From Promethearchaeia archaeon (GTDB lineage: Archaea > Asgardarchaeota > Lokiarchaeia > Sigyniarchaeales > SOKP01), in assembly GCA_046483985.1 (NCBI GenBank), contig JAWOCD010000032.1, positions 1-17,728 on the forward strand: a DNA stretch of 17,728 bases, written 5' to 3'. Both the position numbers and the translations under genes were made by a program. The notes beneath the pieces were generated by a model. That model had not been told where the DNA came from. It did no database searches and was given only the letters and a program-made list of their open reading frames with translations. This document shows, one piece after another, positions 7,912-14,136 of this stretch (within the stretch, counting starts at the first letter, position 1; the number at the start of each line of letters is the position of its first letter).

Positions 7912-9306
7912 ATGAGCGATTTAGAAGGTTTAACAAGAAGATTAATGGAAAAAGGGGTTTCCGATGAAAAAATAATCGAGCGGTTGGTTCAAGAATATAG
8001 AGATTTTAAAGATATAACGAAAAAGAAAGCAAAAATCTTAGCAACGGCTGTTTTGGAAGAATGCGAAAAAAGCAACATCAAACATATCGAGAATCCGTTC
8101 ATTAGAGACCTTTTAGATATTCATAAATCAAATGTGACGGTTGGCAAACAAGGAGTGGGATGCCGAGGGGTTGGAGACTTTTTTGTTCATAAACTCATAG
8201 CCGACCTTTCCGAAACTGAAAAGAAAGCATATTTATCTCCAACTTCTTTGGATGATGCAGGCGCTATTCGGTTAAAAGATTTAAAGACCTTAATAAAGGA
8301 GCGCACCGTTCCCGAAGATTTGATTATCGTCTCAAAAATGGAAGGGATTCACTCCCGGTTGAGCGATTTTCCTTTCATATGCGGGTTCCATGTTACCAGA
8401 GCAGCTTTACGTGACTTATATGTGAAAGGAGCCTTCCCAATTTCCATTATGATAGATACTCATTTGGGAGATGATGCCGACGTTGGCAAATTATTTGATT
8501 TCATGGGCGGCGTTTCAGCAGTCTCTGAGTTAACTGATGTACCAATTACCGCTGGCTCAACCCTAAGAATCGGCGGGGATATGGTCATCGGAAATCGGTT
8601 AGTTGGTGGAATAGCAGGAGTGGGGATTGCAAAAAAGCGACTTTTAGCGAGGCGAAATATCGAACCAGGAGATAAAATATTAATGACTGAAGGAGCCGGC
8701 GGGGGAACTATCTCTACAACGGCTATATATTCTGGAAATCATGAAGTGGTCAAGGAAACACTAAATATTAAGTTTATTGAAGCGGTGGAAACTTTATTAA
8801 ATAGTGATTATCTCGAAGATATTCGCGCCATGTGCGATGTGACAAATGGAGGGTTACGGGGAGATCTGTACGAAATTAATTATGAAGCAGAATGCGGTGT
8901 GAAGATTTATGAAAAGGAAGTTAGAAGTCTGGTTAATCAAAACGTTTTAAACCTTTTAGAATCGGTAAATGTGGACTATTTGGGCGTGTCTCTTGATGCG
9001 CTCTTGATTTATTGCAAACCAACCATCGTAGAAGCCATTATCTCGGATTTACAGGAAAAGAATGTGGATTGTAAGATTATCGGAGAAGTGAACAATACCC
9101 AGAAGGTTTCCATGGTGTACGAAGAAGAAAAGGAAGAAAATATCCTACCTCGGTTTAGAGAATCACCCTATACAAAAGTAAAACAAGAGATAGGAGAGAG
9201 CACACCCAAGGAGAGGGAAAAAATGGAAGACCAGATTAAAATTACCGCAGAAAAGGCACTTAAAAAACGGAAAAAAATAATCGATTTTATTCAGAATAAT
9301 GGATAA
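7912..9306 (+). CDS. AIR synthase-related protein, archaeal PurM-like subgroup 2 (function unknown)
   Basis: GKQGVGCRGVGDFFVH, DDAG, EGIHSRLSDFPF, TRAALRDLYVKGA, DDADVGKLFDF, GSTLRIGGDMV, DVTNGGLRGD and FRESPYT. Confidence 0.85.
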   Translation: MSDLEGLTRRLMEKGVSDEKIIERLVQEYRDFKDITKKKAKILATAVLEECEKSNIKHIENPFIRDLLDIHKSNVTVGKQGVGCRGVGDFFVHKLIADLSETEKKAYLSPTSLDDAGAIRLKDLKTLIKERTVPEDLIIVSKMEGIHSRLSDFPFICGFHVTRAALRDLYVKGAFPISIMIDTHLGDDADVGKLFDFMGGVSAVSELTDVPITAGSTLRIGGDMVIGNRLVGGIAGVGIAKKRLLARRNIEPGDKILMTEGAGGGTISTTAIYSGNHEVVKETLNIKFIEAVETLLNSDYLEDIRAMCDVTNGGLRGDLYEINYEAECGVKIYEKEVRSLVNQNVLNLLESVNVDYLGVSLDALLIYCKPTIVEAIISDLQEKNVDCKIIGEVNNTQKVSMVYEEEKEENILPRFRESPYTKVKQEIGESTPKEREKMEDQIKITAEKALKKRKKIIDFIQNNG

Positions 9307-9319
9307 AACTAAAATGTTA

Positions 9320-9432
9320 TTCTCCGATTCCTTGATAAATAATATCTCCGATGATAGGTAATATTACGATGAAATGTTAATTAGGCTACTATCAATAATA
9401 TAGAAATATGCTAATAATTTCTCCGATTCCTT
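9320..9432. repeat. 14-bp direct repeat TTCTCCGATTCCTT, two copies 99 bp apart, plus a partial third
   Basis: Copies at 9320-9333 and 9419-9432; ATCTCCGAT at 9344-9352. Confidence 0.75.
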
Positions 9433-9517
9433 CTTAAGATACGCTATGAAATAATTAGGAAAGGAAACAAATTCCAAGAAGGAGCACATAAATAAATGAA
9501 CCTTATTGGATTTATGT

Positions 9518-10354
9518 TCATCTTAATTTGTTATTATAATTCTGTGGTAAATTCATTGAGCCAGTTCGATAGCCAGCTAAATCTATAGTTATATATAAGA
9601 AACCAATATTTTCTAATTTATTTTTAATGGCGTCCACTTTTTCCTTCTGGAGCATGTAAGGAAGATCAGATTGTTCAAATTCTATACGTGCCAAATAATT
9701 CTCGTGAAGACGAACCCGTACCTGGCCAAGATTGAATGTCTCCTTAATGTATTGTTCTGCCTGTTCAACCATGTCAAGTTTTTTCGTGGTAATTGGCTGT
9801 CCGATTGAGATCCTGCTGGCCAAGCATGCCATAGAAGCTTTTGATGCTGTTGGTAAGTCATAATAACGACTAAGAGTTCGGATATCCGTTTTATTAATAT
9901 TATATTCTATATAGGGGCTTTCTATTCCTAATTCATCTAGCGCTTTCATGCCAGGCCGATAGTCATTGAGATCATCCGCATTAGAGCCTTCGATTATGAG
10001 ATCATAGTTCATTTCCTCTTTCAGTTTTAGAATTTTCTTAAAGATCGTTTTTTTACAGATATAACATCGATTCTGGGGGTTTTCTATGAACTTTTCATTA
10101 GATAAGATATCAAGAAAGAGTATCTTCAGCCGAATCTCGTAATCGTCGGCAAATTTTTTTGCTTTTTTAATTTCTGCATTTGAGGTTAGTGTATTCTTGA
10201 TAAAAACGGCCAAATATTCCTTCGAATATTCTTTTACCAAATAGGTTAGTAATGCACTATCCACCCCCCCGGAAAAGGCAACAATTACGGATTTGTCTTG
10301 TAGAAAAGAAGTGAGGGAATCTAATTTTGCTCGAAGGTTCTTGGAAAGAGGCAT
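9518..10354 (-). CDS. larE: ATP-dependent sulfur transferase LarE family (PP-loop)
   Basis: AFSGGVDS PP-loop, NRCYICKK, GSNADDLNDYRPG, ACLASRI, QVRVRLH..ARIE and DLAGYRTGSMN. Confidence 0.92.
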   Translation of the reverse strand: MPLSKNLRAKLDSLTSFLQDKSVIVAFSGGVDSALLTYLVKEYSKEYLAVFIKNTLTSNAEIKKAKKFADDYEIRLKILFLDILSNEKFIENPQNRCYICKKTIFKKILKLKEEMNYDLIIEGSNADDLNDYRPGMKALDELGIESPYIEYNINKTDIRTLSRYYDLPTASKASMACLASRISIGQPITTKKLDMVEQAEQYIKETFNLGQVRVRLHENYLARIEFEQSDLPYMLQKEKVDAIKNKLENIGFLYITIDLAGYRTGSMNLPQNYNNKLR

Positions 10355-10376
10355 ATATAATACACTAAAATTGACT

Positions 10377-10913
10377 TTAATTTAATTCTTTTACCTTTTT
10401 GAATATTCTAGAAAGAAGAGGATATCTGAAACAATAAGGTGATTTTTTAAATCTTAAAATAGCGCGATCGTTTCCGTTATTGAGATAATGGTCCACCACC
10501 AGTTTTAGGCTTTTCTTCCAATAATGGTTCTCCGTTTCCGTCTCCATTTCGGGAGTAGGCTTGGTAGCTGCTGTAGGATGACGGGTTTGAATGGTTTCCC
10601 ATTTAATTTTGTTTTTTTTATTTATCTCTGCCATCATTTTCTCAATTTCGGAAGATAAATCCTCAAAATCAAACTTTACCAAATTGAGATCCAGATCATC
10701 TTCTTCCTTTTTTAACGGTTTTTTTTTCTTTATATCTAACTGATTAATTTCTTCTTGTAATTTACTTAGTTTATAGTTTGAAATACTCATGCCCTTAAGG
10801 GTCCTAACTGCTTTTTGGAATTTTTCCTTAAGCCATTCCAAATGCAATTTCCTTCTCAAGATTCTAAAAATTTTCTTAAAATCGGGTTTTTTCATTGAAT
10901 TAATTAATCGCAC
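10377..10913 (-). CDS. Hypothetical basic/coiled-coil protein (true start possibly MKKPDF, about 10895)
   Basis: 178-codon ORF ending 22 bp before larE on the same strand. Lys/Glu-rich and helical; no family recognised. Confidence 0.55.
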   Translation of the reverse strand: MRLINSMKKPDFKKIFRILRRKLHLEWLKEKFQKAVRTLKGMSISNYKLSKLQEEINQLDIKKKKPLKKEEDDLDLNLVKFDFEDLSSEIEKMMAEINKKNKIKWETIQTRHPTAATKPTPEMETETENHYWKKSLKLVVDHYLNNGNDRAILRFKKSPYCFRYPLLSRIFKKVKELN

Positions 10914-10962
10914 GTTAAATAATGATAAATCTCAAATTATTTTTAAGAAAGGGGTAGTTATT

Positions 10963-11037
10963 TTTTTCCGATAAATCCCAAAGTACTTGTAATTGTTCTT
11001 CCGTAGGATATATCCGAATTTTTTGACTTAATTGCAC
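10963..11037 (-). pseudogene. tnpB: tnpB 5' fragment (first about 25 codons)
   Basis: GTG at 11037 gives MQLSQKIRIYPTEEQLQVLWDLSEK, the classic TnpB N-terminus (K.RIYPT.EQ...L). It then runs into unrelated sequence and stops at 10915. Confidence 0.85.
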
Positions 11038-11040
11038 TTT

Positions 11041-11444
11041 CTATTCACCCTGTGATTCAACATATTTTTTCAATTGATCTAATGTAACTTGACCGGTCGT
11101 AACCAAGAGATACTCGGAGACCATATATGCCCATCCCATAATTTTTCTTTTATCTCTGGAAATTCTTGAAAAAGGTATCGTGAAGATACTCCTTTCAACG
11201 AATTGATGAATTTTGTAAGGGGGGTCGTTGGTTTCGTTTTGAATATAATGTGTATGTGATCAAGATCGGTTTCTTGATTAAAAATTTTAATCTCATTTTT
11301 TTCCGCTAACGATATATTAATTTCTTTTAATCTATTGACTATTTCATCGGTATCGAATATCTTTCTTCGATATTTTACACAACAGATGTAATGGTAGTTT
11401 AATGAATACACCGAATGAGCACCTTTATCAAGTTCGTATCCCAT
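11041..11444 (-). pseudogene. tnpA: IS200/IS605 Y1 (HUH) transposase with a 1-nt frameshift
   Basis: MGYELDKGAHSVYSLNYH..KYRRK..DHIHI..SLKGVSSR..WSPS. Restoring one T near 11112 (AGT-AT to AGT-TAT) gives YLLVTTGQVTLDQLKKYVESQGE* ending at 11041 with the catalytic YxxxQ. The ORF-track start at 11516 lies inside the end hairpin. Confidence 0.92.
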
Positions 11445-11506
11445 ACTATTCACTTGGTTACTAAGATAATACCAAAAACCAAATATAAAAATGTTTGTAT
11501 AATATA

Positions 11507-11547
11507 CGAAATTCATCCCCTCCCTAAAGGGATGGGTACTTCTTTCG
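11507..11547 (-). repeat. IS200/IS605 left-end subterminal hairpin, copy 1
   Basis: + strand CGAAA-TTCAT-CCCCTCCC-TAAA-GGGATGGG-TACTTC-TTTCG (inner and outer stems), about 60 bp upstream of tnpA. Confidence 0.85.
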
Positions 11548-11554
11548 CAGATCG

Positions 11555-12184
11555 TTAAATCAAGAAAAAGTTTAACAACCCAACGTAAAGCGCAAGCACA
11601 TAAATGATAGAAATAAAAAGGCTATAGGGGGGCGGGAAAATCCGGGTATTTACCTTTTCAATATGGGAATCATATTTCTCCGGAAATTTATTGGAAAAGA
11701 TTAATTTTTCCTTGAAATATGCCATAAACTCAAAATAAAGAAAAATAAGAGGAAACAAAAGAACTGCCAATAAAGAATCGAAAATAAAGGTTAAACCCAA
11801 AAATATCAACAGCACGGATGAATAATAAGGATGACGCATAATCTTATAGACACCATCTTTTTGATAGTTGGTGATTTCACCGATTAAAGGAAACCCCTCG
11901 TGCTGATCAGATAAGGTTTTCATTAATTTGATTCCAATACCGACAAATATAATTCCAAGAAAGAAAAACCATAAAGAGAGATCTTGAAAATAGGAATAAG
12001 GTAGTAAAAGACTAGAATTAAGAAAAGGAACTAAAAATAATAAGCTAATTGCCAAAATTGATAAAGGTTGAACTACTGGTTTGTAGGTATCTCCATAAGG
12101 GTCAGAACATTTTAAGATTATAACAAAATTCAGATAAAATAAAATAAGAGAGCATATAGCCGTAACTGTACTAATTAGCACCAT
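11555..12184 (-). CDS. Isoprenylcysteine carboxyl methyltransferase / PEMT-family membrane protein
   Basis: Multi-TM 209 aa with DGVYKIMRHPYYS (family GxYxxxRHPxY motif) and a downstream KEKL..F..Y segment. Confidence 0.8.
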   Translation of the reverse strand: MVLISTVTAICSLILFYLNFVIILKCSDPYGDTYKPVVQPLSILAISLLFLVPFLNSSLLLPYSYFQDLSLWFFFLGIIFVGIGIKLMKTLSDQHEGFPLIGEITNYQKDGVYKIMRHPYYSSVLLIFLGLTFIFDSLLAVLLFPLIFLYFEFMAYFKEKLIFSNKFPEKYDSHIEKVNTRIFPPPYSLFISIIYVLALYVGLLNFFLI

Positions 12185-12210
12185 TTTATTAAATAATTTA
12201 ACGAGTGATT

Positions 12211-12444
12211 TTATAATAATATTTGCTGTGAATAGGGTGAACCCAATGATTTCTAAAGTTCGTGATCTTTTAGTTCGAGTTATTGCTCTGTATAGGGTGG
12301 AACCTTCTTACCTTTATTAAAAAAGGCTATTCTTCTGAAATAATTAGGCAAACTCCAAAAAGCACTACTCCAAACTAAGAGTTCCTTAAGGATCTGTTGT
12401 TATTGGTTCGTATGGTTCAATTCTAAGGTATTAATCTGAAGCAT
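12211..12444 (-). pseudogene. tnpB: Decayed tnpB 5' fragment (second, different lineage)
   Basis: ATG at 12444 reads MLQINTLELNHTNQ*QQILKELLVWSSAFWSLPNYFRRIAFFNKGKKVPPYTEQ*LELKDHEL*KSLGSPYSQQILL*. This matches the TnpB pattern WN.ANY.RRQ.FF..P.Y..LK..YK.LGS..QQIL with three internal stops. It lies about 70 bp downstream of an IS end hairpin. Confidence 0.75.
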
Positions 12445-12512
12445 TGTATAATTATAAGTTAGATATTGGTCTATTTAAAAATATGGTCTTAAGATATTTA
12501 GTGATTTAAACG

Positions 12513-12552
12513 CAAAATTCATCTCCATCCTAAAGGATGGAGTTTTCTCTTG
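12513..12552 (-). repeat. IS200/IS605 left-end subterminal hairpin, copy 2
   Basis: + strand CAAAATTCAT-CTCCATCC-TAAA-GGATGGAG-TTTTCTCTTG with a perfect 8-bp stem. Confidence 0.85.
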
Positions 12553-12771
12553 GTTTTTATATAAATAAATAATTATTTATTAAGCAACGGATGATTTGTT
12601 ATATAGTAAGAAAATAGAGAAACATCTCATTGGAAAATGAACGCGAAAGAAAGAGTACTTAAAACATTAAACCATAAAGGACCGGATAAAAAACTTTTTT
12701 TTTCTTAGAATGTTTTAAATCATAAGATTCTTTATTTTTAAATTAAATTAAGGTAAGTTAAGTTAGAAACG

Positions 12772-14022
12772 ATGCCCGATTTATTGCATTTTCGCAATTT
12801 CTTCTATAAAGAAGGGAAAAGAGATTTTGAAAAGTTGAAACTTTTAGTCGCTCCCCCCTATGACGTAATCTCGGAAGAGGAAAAAAAAGATTACAAAAAT
12901 CGACATCCGGATAATATTTGTCATGTGATTCTCCCCGAAACTTATGAAGCAGCTGGAAAAAAATTAGATCAAATGATTGAAGATGGGACTTTAATTCATG
13001 AAAGGGATCGATGCATTTGTATCTACGGAATCGATTATGTAAGACCCGACACCGGGGAAAAAATCAGCAGGTATGGATTTGTAGGTCTTTTGAAATTAGT
13101 AGAGATTTTTCCAGCTCAAGACGGGGTTATCCCTCACGAAATGACCTTCCGGAAATACACCAAAGACAGATATAATCTAATCAAGGAAACTGACGCTAAT
13201 TTTTCGCCTATATTCACGGTTTATAACGGAAATGGGGCTGCAGATAAACTTTTTGAAAAATATACAAAAAAAAAGCCAATTCTTAAAACAACCGACCGTG
13301 ATGGGTTTACACATAAAATCTGGGAGGTATGGAAAGAAGAAGATATTCAGAAATTCCAAGATATTGTAAAAAACCACTCTATCATTATAGCTGATGGGCA
13401 TCATCGATACACCACTTCTTTAAGATATTCCCGTCATGGAGGGTGCAAATATATAATGTCCCTTTTTATTGATTTTAATGACCCTGGGCTTATCATTTAC
13501 ACCAGTCATCGGCAAATTCATACATCTCCTGCAGAGAGCATCGAGGACCTGAAAAAAAGAGTTGCAGAAAAGTTCAATCCGATATTAGAAACTGTAAAGA
13601 TAGATAAATTTAAGCTTGTGATGAAAAAAAATAAAGAAAACCATGTCTTTGGGTGTTATTTTCAGAAAAAATTCATAATTTTCAAATTAAAACCCTCCAT
13701 AACACCTGAAGAGGAAATTGAAGGAAACCATTCAAAAGAATGGAAAAATCTCAATTTACCAATACTGCATGATATATTATTAGACAATTGTTTGGGAATA
13801 GGAAAGGAAGATATTGATTTTATTAAAGGGGTAAGGAACGGAGTTACAAATGTGGATCAAAACGAGTCTATCAAAGCTTTATTTATGGTAAATCCCACTA
13901 CATTAGAGGAAGTCCATCGTATTACACAATTGGGAGAGATCATGCCTCAGAAATCAACCTATTTCTATCCAAAACCGTTATCTGGTCTGGTTATCCATAA
14001 ACATACTGACAAAATTGAATAA
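12772..14022 (+). CDS. DUF1015 family protein (ParB/Srx-like catalytic motif)
   Basis: APPYDVIS, IPHEMT, ANFSPIF, IIADGHHRY and MPQKSTYFYPKPLSGL are DUF1015 hallmarks. Confidence 0.92.
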   Translation: MPDLLHFRNFFYKEGKRDFEKLKLLVAPPYDVISEEEKKDYKNRHPDNICHVILPETYEAAGKKLDQMIEDGTLIHERDRCICIYGIDYVRPDTGEKISRYGFVGLLKLVEIFPAQDGVIPHEMTFRKYTKDRYNLIKETDANFSPIFTVYNGNGAADKLFEKYTKKKPILKTTDRDGFTHKIWEVWKEEDIQKFQDIVKNHSIIIADGHHRYTTSLRYSRHGGCKYIMSLFIDFNDPGLIIYTSHRQIHTSPAESIEDLKKRVAEKFNPILETVKIDKFKLVMKKNKENHVFGCYFQKKFIIFKLKPSITPEEEIEGNHSKEWKNLNLPILHDILLDNCLGIGKEDIDFIKGVRNGVTNVDQNESIKALFMVNPTTLEEVHRITQLGEIMPQKSTYFYPKPLSGLVIHKHTDKIE

Positions 14023-14048
14023 GTTTGTCATTTAAATGTTTGGATTGG

Positions 14049-14088
14049 TGCGATTCATTACACGACTAAAGGCATATGTTTTCTCGCA
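14049..14088 (-). repeat. Solo, degenerate IS200/IS605 left-end hairpin, copy 3
   Basis: + strand TGCGATTCAT-TACACGAC-TAAA-GGCATATG-TTTTCTCGCA. Same ATTCAT-N8-TAAA-N8-TTTTCTC frame as copy 2. Outer stem TGCGA/TCGCA is intact; inner stem has decayed. Confidence 0.7.
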
Positions 14089-14136
14089 GTTTTAGGATAA
14101 AAAGAAATAGAAATTTTTAAATTGATTTTTAATTCG

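Larger units (their letters stand above)
10963..11554 (-). mobile_element. Truncated IS200/IS605-family element: left end, tnpA and 5' stub of tnpB in tandem
   Basis: Subterminal hairpin at 11507-11547, Y1 transposase at 11041-11444, and a tnpB start 3 nt after the tnpA stop. No right end or RuvC region seen. Confidence 0.88.
12211..12557 (-). mobile_element. IS1341-like (tnpB-only) element remnant
   Basis: Left-end hairpin followed directly by a tnpB relic, with no tnpA. TTAT lies just outside the end on the minus strand. Confidence 0.72.

Noticed and set aside
7912-9306. Calling this gene hypE, purM, selD or thiL
   Set aside because: The motifs fit the uncharacterised archaeal PurM-like2 subgroup and the specific signatures of those enzymes are not evident.
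9302-9315. GATAAAACTAAAAT, identical to part of the feoA2 box (7642-7655)
   Set aside because: It overlaps a stop codon with no adjacent TATA box or downstream gene; plausibly chance in AT-rich DNA.
11445-11516. N-terminal extension of TnpA given in the ORF track
   Set aside because: It starts inside the IS end hairpin and crosses the promoter region; similarity begins at MGYELDKG (11444).
12228-12305. Repeat ATAGGGTG(G)AACC and a TTCAC on the minus strand, as a possible IS right end or CRISPR-like repeat
   Set aside because: Only two copies, both inside the tnpB relic (VPPY/GSPY codons), with no right-end hairpin or repeat-spacer periodicity.
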